The translations under genes were made by a program, and so were the position numbers. The notes beneath the pieces were generated by a model. It had not been told where the DNA came from, did no database searches, and saw nothing but the letters and a program-made list of their open reading frames with translations. From Minisyncoccia bacterium (GTDB taxonomy: Bacteria > Patescibacteriota > Minisyncoccia > Phycocordibacterales > Phycocordibacteraceae), in assembly GCA_050011835.1 (NCBI GenBank), contig JBEKII010000003.1, forward strand, positions 39,842 through 103,841: a stretch of 64,000 nucleotides of DNA. Direction: 5' to 3'. Positions 38,311-46,187 of this stretch are shown in pieces. Within the stretch, counting starts at the first letter, position 1; each line of letters starts with the position of its first letter.

Positions 38311-38398
38311 GGACACTATATTCGCAACACCCAGGCATTAAAGTTGCGAAGGTATTGAACCATTACGCTTGGCTGACAGGATGGGAAAAAGATGAAAG

Positions 38399-38439
38399 AA
38401 GAGCCGGACGGTAAAGACCTCCGGCTCTTTGTATTTTTA
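38399..38439 (+). terminator. Hairpin plus T-run (terminator-like) immediately downstream of the IS, followed by a TATAAT box at 38444-38449
   Basis: AGAGCCGGA-cggtaaagacc-TCCGGCTCT then TTGTATTTTTA. TATAAT lies 39 nt before the probable pseF start. Confidence 0.45.
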
Positions 38440-38487
38440 TGTTATAATGTTAATACGATATCGACACATCATTTATTGAGCGATATG

Positions 38488-39264
38488 TATATGCAAAAAA
38501 CTGTAGCTATCATTCAAGCGCGGATGGGCTCGACTCGGTTGCCCGGCAAAATTTTGAAGCCGATTTTAGGATGGCCGATGCTTGCACAAATGCTTGAACG
38601 CGTAAAACAAGCGAAAAAGATTGACGCAATTGTTGTCGCGACAACTGATAAGACAGAAGACGATGCCATTGCACAACTTGCGCAGGAATGCAGTGTCAAT
38701 TGTTTCCGCGGAGACGAAAACGACGTGCTGGATAGATTTTATAAGGCGGCCAAAGAAGCCGGTGCGAGCATTGTGGTACGGCTCACGGGCGATTGTCCGC
38801 TCCATGATCCTGCGGTCATTGATGAAGTCATTGGGCGCTTTTTGAACAATAAGCTTGATTATGCATGCACCCCTGTGAATTATCCCGAGGGATTAGATAC
38901 CGAAGTATTTTTATTTTCAGCGCTTGAACGCGCATGGAAGAGCGCGACATTGCCGTCCGAGCGCGAACATGTGACGCGATATATCCGCAATCACCCGGAA
39001 TTATTTAATGTTGGTGAGTTATGGAAACAAGGCGACTATGATTACTCCGTTATGCATTGGTCGGTGGATACCGAACAGGATTTTGATTTTGTGACAAAAG
39101 TATTTGAGCAACTTTATCCGGTCAATCCACGTTTTAACAAAGACGATGTGTTTGAATTGCTCGCACGGCGGCCGGAACTTCTGGAGATAAATAAAGGAGG
39201 TACTGGATATGAGGGTTTAGCAAAATCTTTGAAAGAGGATATGGTTGTAAAAAGTCATCTATGA
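38488..39264 (+). CDS. pseF: Acylneuraminate/pseudaminic acid cytidylyltransferase (CTP_transf_3, SpsF/PseF-like)
   Basis: AIIQARMGSTRLPGKILKPI N-terminal nucleotide-binding motif and LTGDCPL. The start is uncertain: the track ORF begins at 38392, but that stretch overlaps the hairpin/-10 and reads as non-family sequence. Confidence 0.65.
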   Translation, partial: YMQKTVAIIQARMGSTRLPGKILKPILGWPMLAQMLERVKQAKKIDAIVVATTDKTEDDAIAQLAQECSVNCFRGDENDVLDRFYKAAKEAGASIVVRLTGDCPLHDPAVIDEVIGRFLNNKLDYACTPVNYPEGLDTEVFLFSALERAWKSATLPSEREHVTRYIRNHPELFNVGELWKQGDYDYSVMHWSVDTEQDFDFVTKVFEQLYPVNPRFNKDDVFELLARRPELLEINKGGTGYEGLAKSLKEDMVVKSHL

Positions 39265-40187
39265 CAACACAAAAAAGTAAACTCGTACTCGGCACCGTTC
39301 AGCTCGGCATGAAATACGGGCTCAACAATACTCATGGACAACCGACAAAGAAAGAATCCTTTGCGATATTGGATGCGGCGCTTGCCGTCGGCATTACCAC
39401 ATTTGATACTGCATATGCGTACGGCACCTCCGAAGACATTCTCGGCGCATGGATTCAGGAACGTTCCCTGGCGGGGAAGGTCCATATCATTTCAAAAATG
39501 AAACCGCATGTTCTGAACGATTATCCTGACGGAACGAAAGCCGCTGATATCGTACGAAGGGAATTAGTAAAATCATTACAGCGTCTTCATGTGGAGTCTC
39601 TTGACGGTTATTTATTTCACTCACCGTATTACATCTATCTGCACCATATGGTTGAAGGATTGCAAAAAGCTCGGGATGCCGGCATGGTGAAAAATATCGG
39701 CGTGTCAATCTATGACGAGCCCGAAGCCCTTCAAGCGGTTGAACTCGGCGTTGACTATGTGCAGGTGCCGTACAATGCATTTGACCAGCGGTTGGACGCC
39801 ACTGATTTTTTTGGCATAGCGAAGAAAAATAATGTAACCGTTTTTGCTCGCAGTCCTTTTCTGCAGGGATTAGTGCTAATGCGACCGAACCAGTTGCCGA
39901 AGCATCTTTCTTATATCCAGCCGTATCTAGAGCAGTTTATTGAAATTATCGGACGATATCACCTGTCTCCTGTTCAGGCCGCGCTCCTCTTTGCGAACGA
40001 ACACTGCAGGGCGGATTATATAGTTTTCGGTGTTGAAACTCTCTCTCAACTAAAAGAGAATATTGCCACCGTGAAAGATTCTGCATCTTCTCTTGGCAGT
40101 GGTTGGATCCTTGAAATAGAAAATTGCTTCAGGAATATTAATCATGGAGCCATTAATCTGAGTTTATGGAGCACGATAAAGCGATGA
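39261..40187 (+). CDS. Aldo/keto reductase family oxidoreductase
   Basis: LGTVQLGMKYGLNN, FDTAYAYGTSE (Tyr catalytic context), and AKR fold length 308 aa. ATGA overlap upstream. Confidence 0.8.
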   Translation: MTTQKSKLVLGTVQLGMKYGLNNTHGQPTKKESFAILDAALAVGITTFDTAYAYGTSEDILGAWIQERSLAGKVHIISKMKPHVLNDYPDGTKAADIVRRELVKSLQRLHVESLDGYLFHSPYYIYLHHMVEGLQKARDAGMVKNIGVSIYDEPEALQAVELGVDYVQVPYNAFDQRLDATDFFGIAKKNNVTVFARSPFLQGLVLMRPNQLPKHLSYIQPYLEQFIEIIGRYHLSPVQAALLFANEHCRADYIVFGVETLSQLKENIATVKDSASSLGSGWILEIENCFRNINHGAINLSLWSTIKR

Positions 40188-40194
40188 ATTATCT

Positions 40195-40803
40195 ATGACT
40201 CCAGATGCGATTATCATTTTATCCGCAGGCTCCATTGCGTATGAAGAAGGCGGGAGGACCCATTGGCGCGCTACAACATACGACAATAGCGATGCGTTCG
40301 GGACACTTGGCGGCCGCGATCGCCTAGAAGCCGCCGCTCTGCTTGCCGAAAAATATCCGGATGCGTATTTCGTAACGGTCTCACGCAACTTTACGGGCCT
40401 CCCAACGTTGGCGCAGATATATGCCGATGAATTGCGCGAATTGGGCGTGGCACCTGAACGCATCATACAAGAGGAACATTCGACAAACACTGAGACCGTT
40501 GTACAACAAGCAATACGGCTCGCACAGAAAAAAGGATGGAAGAAAATCCTTTTCCTTTCAAGCGATTACCATCTCCCGCGTATCATCGCGTTTTATCGCC
40601 GCCAGAAAGATGACATCTTAGGAGATTTTGTTTCTTCCGAATCGATACTTGGTGCAGTTGATTCGAAATTTGCCGCGCGATTTGCCGCGGTGCAGAAAAC
40701 TGCCGCGTACCAAACGCGGATTGCATCGGAGGCGCGCGGACTTGCAGCCCTTGAGGAAGGTGCCTATCAGAGCGCTCCCGCAGAAGACAAACACGAGCAC
40801 TAG
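40195..40803 (+). CDS. DUF218 (YdcF/ElyC/SanA-like) domain protein
   Basis: IIILSAG...FLSSDYHLPR is a typical DUF218 core. Confidence 0.6.
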   Translation: MTPDAIIILSAGSIAYEEGGRTHWRATTYDNSDAFGTLGGRDRLEAAALLAEKYPDAYFVTVSRNFTGLPTLAQIYADELRELGVAPERIIQEEHSTNTETVVQQAIRLAQKKGWKKILFLSSDYHLPRIIAFYRRQKDDILGDFVSSESILGAVDSKFAARFAAVQKTAAYQTRIASEARGLAALEEGAYQSAPAEDKHEH

Positions 40804-40823
40804 AGGTATTATCCCGTTACAAT

Positions 40824-41519
40824 ATGAACAAAAAAACCGTCATCATCACCGGCGTATCATCGGGTCTCGGAAAGGCCCTTTTTGATACCCTGCGCGGCAC
40901 GGGTGTGCGTCTCATCTGTATTTCGCGCACATTTCTTAGCTATCAAACTGCACTTTCAGACAAAAATGTGACGTTGCTCGTATGCGACCTCAGCAATGTG
41001 AAAGAAGTATTTTCTATCACCCAGAAATTGAACAAGATTTTGGAAGGTGCAAATGACATTGTTTTTATAAACAACGCCGCAACAATCGCGCCAATAGGGC
41101 TCATCGGCGAGATTGACGACGGGGCGATTGTCGCGGCTGCGAATATAAATTTTGTGAGTCCCATGCTCATCATGAATGTTTTGTGCAAGTTACAAAAAGC
41201 GAAAAAACTTACCTTTATTCATCTCACAACAGGTGCGGCACGCACGCCCATCATTGGCTGGCCGTTGTACTGTTCCACCAAAGCCGCGCTCAAAATGTTC
41301 TTTGCGATAATAAAGAGGCAATATAAGAACAACAAAAGATTTATCGTCCACGAATTTGACCCCGGCGTGATGAACACGCCCATGCAAAAACAGATACGGC
41401 AATCCTCGCGCAAGAATTTTCCGCGCGTTGAAGAGTTTAAAAAACTGCAACGGGCGCGCAAACTGTCAAACCCGTTGTTTGTCGCGCAGAAATTAGTCAA
41501 GCGCTATATACGCGTATGA
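40824..41519 (+). CDS. Short-chain dehydrogenase/reductase (SDR)
   Basis: TGVSSGLGKAL glycine motif, NNAA, and YCSTKAALKMF (YxxxK). Confidence 0.8.
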   Translation: MNKKTVIITGVSSGLGKALFDTLRGTGVRLICISRTFLSYQTALSDKNVTLLVCDLSNVKEVFSITQKLNKILEGANDIVFINNAATIAPIGLIGEIDDGAIVAAANINFVSPMLIMNVLCKLQKAKKLTFIHLTTGAARTPIIGWPLYCSTKAALKMFFAIIKRQYKNNKRFIVHEFDPGVMNTPMQKQIRQSSRKNFPRVEEFKKLQRARKLSNPLFVAQKLVKRYIRV

Positions 41520-42220
41520 AGATAGGCGTCCTCGCAGATATTCACGGCAATAATATTGCGCTTCACGCGGTACTGGAAGAAGCGTTAAAAGAGGGCATTG
41601 ACCGGCTTTTTGTGCTTGGTGATTTCGTTGGTTATTACTACAGTCCGAACGAAGTACTTGCGCAACTGGCGAATTTTAAAACGACGATGATACGCGGCAA
41701 TCACGAAACGATGATGGAGGTGGCGCAACATGATGAAGTGTTAGCAAAAAAGATACGCGCGAAATACGGAAGCGGAGCATCGCTCGCGCTGGAAAACCTT
41801 TCTAAAGAACAGATTAAGCAGTTACGAGAGCTTCCAGAAACCGCCGAAATTGCTCTTGATGGCGTAACGTTCCTATTGTGTCACGGCTCTCCGTGGGACA
41901 CGAATGAATATATATATCCGGATGCGGATGAGACGACGCTCCGTGCGTGCGCATCGCAAGGGGCGGATTTCGTATTGCTTGGACACACCCATTATCCCTT
42001 GATGTATACCTATAAAGGCAAGGTCGTACTTAACCCGGGATCGGTAGGGCAGCCGAGGGATATAGGAAATATGGCGAGTTGGGCTATTATTGATACCGCG
42101 AATCGGAGCGTTATACAAAAACGGACAATGTTCGATACCGCTCCGATTCTGCAAGAAGCGCAACGCAGAGACCCTGCGGTTCCTTATCTCGTGGACGTGC
42201 TCCGAAGAAAAAAGATATGA
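41516..42220 (+). CDS. Metallophosphoesterase (calcineurin-like, YfcE/MJ0936 type)
   Basis: GVLADIHGN, GDFVGY, GNHE, LCHGSP, GHTH metal-binding motif series. Confidence 0.8.
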   Translation: MKIGVLADIHGNNIALHAVLEEALKEGIDRLFVLGDFVGYYYSPNEVLAQLANFKTTMIRGNHETMMEVAQHDEVLAKKIRAKYGSGASLALENLSKEQIKQLRELPETAEIALDGVTFLLCHGSPWDTNEYIYPDADETTLRACASQGADFVLLGHTHYPLMYTYKGKVVLNPGSVGQPRDIGNMASWAIIDTANRSVIQKRTMFDTAPILQEAQRRDPAVPYLVDVLRRKKI

Positions 42221-43170
42221 AAAAATATAAATCAATTTTGGTAACCGGTTGCGGAGGCGACATCGGCACCGGTATCGGCCGCATCCTAAAAGAAACTGGT
42301 CTCGTGCAAACGATTATTGGCGCCGATATACGTCCGGACAATGCAGGAATATGCGTTTTTGACACCTGTGATGTGCTGCCGAGGGCGGATGACTCGCAAT
42401 ATTTTGACGTTCTTGAACAGCTCGTTAAGAAATATTCTGTGGACTTGCTGATTCCTATGTCCGAGGCCGAGATACGTTTGTGGTATCGAAACGATTATTC
42501 CGAAACGTTTGCCGGAGTGCCGGTGGTTATGCCGAATCGTGAAGTGTTCGATGTCGCTATCGACAAGCTTGTTACCGCCGAGTTTTTAAAGTCACACGGC
42601 CTGCCGTATCCCTGGACTATGCTGGTTCGCGACGGGACCCCGCGCGCGTTCCCCTGCATCATTAAAAGTCGCGGTATCGGAAGCAAAGGAGGAGTTGAAA
42701 TTGTTGATAAATTCTCGGTTTCCTATTTTAGTGCCAAGCGCCCCGACAATATCTGGCAAGAATACCTTGAAGGCGAAGAGTACACCGCCGGCGTCTACGG
42801 TTGTCAGAATGGAGAAATACGAACTATCGTTATGAAGCGGAAACTTTCCGGCGGTATGACGGGCTACACTTCGGGAGGGGAAGTTGTTGACGAACCGGAC
42901 ATAACGCGCGTGCTCATGCAACTGGCGAAGGGACTTTCGCTTAAAGGCAGTATCAACGTCCAATTACGGCTCACAAAAAAAGGGCCTGTCATATTTGAAA
43001 TAAATCCGCGTTTCTCCAGCACCGTCGTATTCCGGCATAAACTGGGATTCAAGGACGTGGTGTGGTCCTTGGAAGAAAAGTTGGGATATCCCGCCTCTTC
43101 GTATGTGCCGCCCAAAGCGGGTACGAAATTCTACAAGGGCTATACGGAATACATCACATCCACATCTTGA
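42217..43170 (+). CDS. ATP-grasp domain protein
   Basis: IIKSRGIGSKGG, EEYTAGVY, and EINPRFSS (ATP-grasp Mg/ATP site). 317 aa. Confidence 0.75.
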   Translation: MKKYKSILVTGCGGDIGTGIGRILKETGLVQTIIGADIRPDNAGICVFDTCDVLPRADDSQYFDVLEQLVKKYSVDLLIPMSEAEIRLWYRNDYSETFAGVPVVMPNREVFDVAIDKLVTAEFLKSHGLPYPWTMLVRDGTPRAFPCIIKSRGIGSKGGVEIVDKFSVSYFSAKRPDNIWQEYLEGEEYTAGVYGCQNGEIRTIVMKRKLSGGMTGYTSGGEVVDEPDITRVLMQLAKGLSLKGSINVQLRLTKKGPVIFEINPRFSSTVVFRHKLGFKDVVWSLEEKLGYPASSYVPPKAGTKFYKGYTEYITSTS

Positions 43171-43245
43171 CAACAGCGTTTTAATGAGTATTCTATTTAC
43201 AGGCGCTCATTTTGTTATTAACATTAAAAAAGAAAGGGAGGTATC

Positions 43246-44310
43246 ATGAAAAAAAATACGGTCAAAATAGGAAAGCGCACGATTGGACCAGGACAGCCGG
43301 TCTTTATGATCGCAGAGATGTCCGGTAATCACAATCACAACGTCAGGCGTGCACATGCCATCGTTGATGCCGCCGCGGATGCCGGTGCCGATGCCCTTAA
43401 GCTCCAAACCTATACCGCCGATACCATCACGCTCAATTCCGACCGACCCGAGTTTCTCGTCACGTGGCAGAACAAAAAGCGTACGCTCTATGACCTTTAC
43501 CAAGAAGCGGGAACGCCGTGGGAATGGCATGCGGAGCTTTTCGCTCATGCGCGTGAACGCGGCATGATACCGTTCTCTTCGCCCTTCGATACGACCGCGG
43601 TTGACTTTCTTGAGCGACTCAATGTTCTTCTCTATAAAGTCGCCTCGTTTGAAGTCGTAGACATTCCGCTTCTTGAAGCGATAGGGAAGACGAAGAAACC
43701 GGTCATCATGTCGCGCGGGATGTCGAGTTTTGAAGAGCTCCAGCTCGCTATTGATACCCTGCGCAACGCCGGCACCAAAGATATCGTAATTCTGCATTGT
43801 GTAAGCGCATATCCGGCGAAGCCAGAGGATATGAATCTGAAAACGATTCCGTACATTGCGGAACGCTTTGGCATTCCGGCGGGATTATCAGACCATACGC
43901 TTGGCACTGATGTCGCCGTTGCTGCGGTAGCGCTTGGTGCTCGGGCGATAGAAAAGCACATGACACTCAAGCGTGCCGAGGGCGGTGTTGATTCGGAGTT
44001 CTCGCTTGAACCGGCCGAGTTCGCGGCGCTCGTCCAGTCAGCGCACATTGTAGAAAGTGCGCTTGGGAAACCGACTGATGCGCGCGGCGCGCGCGAAGAA
44101 GGAGAAGCCCGATTTCGCAAGTCGCTATTCGCGGCGGCCGATATCAAAAAGGGCGAGATCTTTACCGAGAAGAATATCCGCTCGGTGCGACCGAGCGCGG
44201 GCTTACCGTCCAAGTATTATCATCAAGTGTTGGGTAAGCGCGCAACGCGCGATATTTCCTTCGCATCGCCGCTTAAATGGAATATGGTCCAAGGCGGGCG
44301 GCGAAAATAG
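43246..44310 (+). CDS. pseI: Pseudaminic acid synthase (NeuB-family sialic acid synthase), PseI-like
   Basis: IAEMSGNHNHNV...AIVDAAADAGADALKLQTYTADTIT is colinear with PseI/NeuB N-terminal TIM-barrel motifs. C-terminal SAF domain. Confidence 0.8.
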   Translation: MKKNTVKIGKRTIGPGQPVFMIAEMSGNHNHNVRRAHAIVDAAADAGADALKLQTYTADTITLNSDRPEFLVTWQNKKRTLYDLYQEAGTPWEWHAELFAHARERGMIPFSSPFDTTAVDFLERLNVLLYKVASFEVVDIPLLEAIGKTKKPVIMSRGMSSFEELQLAIDTLRNAGTKDIVILHCVSAYPAKPEDMNLKTIPYIAERFGIPAGLSDHTLGTDVAVAAVALGARAIEKHMTLKRAEGGVDSEFSLEPAEFAALVQSAHIVESALGKPTDARGAREEGEARFRKSLFAAADIKKGEIFTEKNIRSVRPSAGLPSKYYHQVLGKRATRDISFASPLKWNMVQGGRRK

Positions 44311-44334
44311 CTTAAATGCAGACGTTTTCGTTTT

Positions 44335-44367
44335 CTGGCTCCTCGCCGCGAGGAGCCAGTTTCTTTT
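44335..44367 (+). terminator. Rho-independent terminator after pseI
   Basis: CTGGCTCCTCG-ccgc-GAGGAGCCAG followed by TTTCTTTT. Confidence 0.7.
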
Positions 44368-44401
44368 AGCGGCTCGTACAGGTTATAGTTACCATTACCA
44401 T

Positions 44402-46162
44402 ATGAAGAATACTTTGGCGACGCTCTGGCAGGCGTTTCGCAGATATCGATGGCACATCGCGGTACTCGTGGTGTTTGGGTTCTTGAGCGCCATACTAGAA
44501 GGCATCGGCATCAACGCTGTCATTCCGCTCGTATCTTTTTTCACTGGTGCAAGTAGCGGGCCGACTGATTTCATTACTCACACCATTCAAATACTGTTCG
44601 GCTTCTTCCACATACCATTCAGTTTCCGTTATCTGCTCGGTTTCATTTTTTGTCTATTCATATTGCGAGCATTGTCCGTCGTCGTGTTCGGCTACGTTCG
44701 CGGCTGGATAAGCGCGGACTTCCTCGGCAAAGAAAGCGAGGACGTGTTGCGCCGAACGCTCCTTTCTTCGTGGTCATTTTCGCTGAAGCAGAAAATAGGC
44801 ACCATGCACAATACACTCGTGCGTGACATTCAACAGACCGGAGCGCTTCTCGGCACGGTGGCGCAGATCGTTCAATCGTTCAGCGGTTTCCTTATGTATC
44901 TCTTAGTAACCATCAATATTTCACCGACCATGACGTTGTATACGCTTGGCGGCGGCGCCATCCTCGTGTTCTTTTTGCAGCCGCTTCTTCGGCGTGCCAA
45001 GCGTATCGCGGAGCAAGCGGCAGGAGTTGAGAAGCAGTTCGCGCAATTTCTAAGCGAGCACATCATCGGATTGAAATCCGTCAAAGCCGCCGGTGCGGAG
45101 CGCTCCGCTATTGCGGATGGCAACGAGCACATACAGCTCCTGCGTTCTCTTTCAATACGACAATCACTCGTTCATTCCATTAGCACCAGTTTCTTCCAGC
45201 CGTTCAGCATCGTCCTCGTCATCGTGCTTTTTTTGCTGACGTATCACACACCCTCGTTCAACGTCATTTCATTTGCGGCTTCATTGTATCTGATACAAAA
45301 AATGTTCACGTATCTCGAGTCCGGACAAGCCGCTCTGCAGTCGGTAGGCGAGCTGGTTCCGTATACACAGAATATCGCCGCGTTCAAGCGCAAGCTTGAT
45401 CTGCATCGCGAGCTATCCTCGGGCGATGCACCCTTTGCCTTTGCAAGAGAACTTTCTTTTAAAAATATCTCATTCTCATATGATGAAGACAAACCAATTT
45501 TAAGCGGAGTCAATTTTTCGATACGAGCAGGGGAAACAACGGGACTCATTGGACCTTCGGGCGCAGGGAAAACGTCAATTGCCGACCTCATCTTGCGTCT
45601 TTTCAAACCGGACGAAGGTTCACTATTACTTGATGGAGTGCCGAGCGAATCTATTGCTCTTGAGGCATGGCGCAAACATATCGGCTACGTATCTCAAGAT
45701 GTGTTCCTGCTCAATAGCTCTATTGAAGAAAACATTCGGTTTTATAATCAGACGTTGACCACTGAAGATATCGAGAACGCCGCAAAGCAAGCGAATATCT
45801 ATGACTTCATTAAGGAATTGCCTCAAGGATTCAAGACGGTAACGGGCGACCGAGGCGTCATGCTCTCGGGCGGACAGCGCCAACGTGTCGCGCTTGCCCG
45901 TGCGCTTGCCGGCAAACCAGCGCTTCTTCTATTGGACGAAGCGACGAGCGCTCTTGATTACGAATCAGAAAAACTTATCCATGAATCTATTCGAGCGCTT
46001 CATGGGGGTGTAACGGTACTTATCATTGCGCATCGTCCATCTACTGTCGCCGAGGCCGATACTATTCTCGTATTGAATCATGGTCACATAGAAGAGCGCG
46101 GTTCGCCGCAGGAACTTCTCCGAGACAGTGAGTCGTATTTCTACAAAATGCAGGAGGCGTAA
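44402..46162 (+). CDS. Fused ABC exporter (TMD-NBD; MsbA/PglK-like lipid-linked oligosaccharide flippase family)
   Basis: Start at the internal ATG (MKNTLATLWQ), because the 5' part of the track ORF overlaps pseI. Six TM helices. Walker A GPSGAGKTS, signature LSGGQRQRVALARAL, Walker B LLLDEATSALD. Confidence 0.85.
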   Translation: MKNTLATLWQAFRRYRWHIAVLVVFGFLSAILEGIGINAVIPLVSFFTGASSGPTDFITHTIQILFGFFHIPFSFRYLLGFIFCLFILRALSVVVFGYVRGWISADFLGKESEDVLRRTLLSSWSFSLKQKIGTMHNTLVRDIQQTGALLGTVAQIVQSFSGFLMYLLVTINISPTMTLYTLGGGAILVFFLQPLLRRAKRIAEQAAGVEKQFAQFLSEHIIGLKSVKAAGAERSAIADGNEHIQLLRSLSIRQSLVHSISTSFFQPFSIVLVIVLFLLTYHTPSFNVISFAASLYLIQKMFTYLESGQAALQSVGELVPYTQNIAAFKRKLDLHRELSSGDAPFAFARELSFKNISFSYDEDKPILSGVNFSIRAGETTGLIGPSGAGKTSIADLILRLFKPDEGSLLLDGVPSESIALEAWRKHIGYVSQDVFLLNSSIEENIRFYNQTLTTEDIENAAKQANIYDFIKELPQGFKTVTGDRGVMLSGGQRQRVALARALAGKPALLLLDEATSALDYESEKLIHESIRALHGGVTVLIIAHRPSTVAEADTILVLNHGHIEERGSPQELLRDSESYFYKMQEA

Positions 46163-46187
46163 AAGCTCGCCGTGTCTGTGGTATAGT

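Noticed and set aside
38392-38487. N-terminal 32 codons of the track ORF preceding the PseF-like domain
   Set aside because: This stretch overlaps a hairpin/T-run and a TATAAT box, and translates to non-family sequence (MKEEPDGKDLRLFVFLCYNVN…). An internal ATG at 38488/38494 is a more plausible start.
44057-44401. 115-codon N-terminal extension of the ABC transporter ORF
   Set aside because: Overlaps the 3' end of pseI and a terminator. Arg-rich junk translation. The real start is placed at the ATG at 44402 immediately before the first TM helix.
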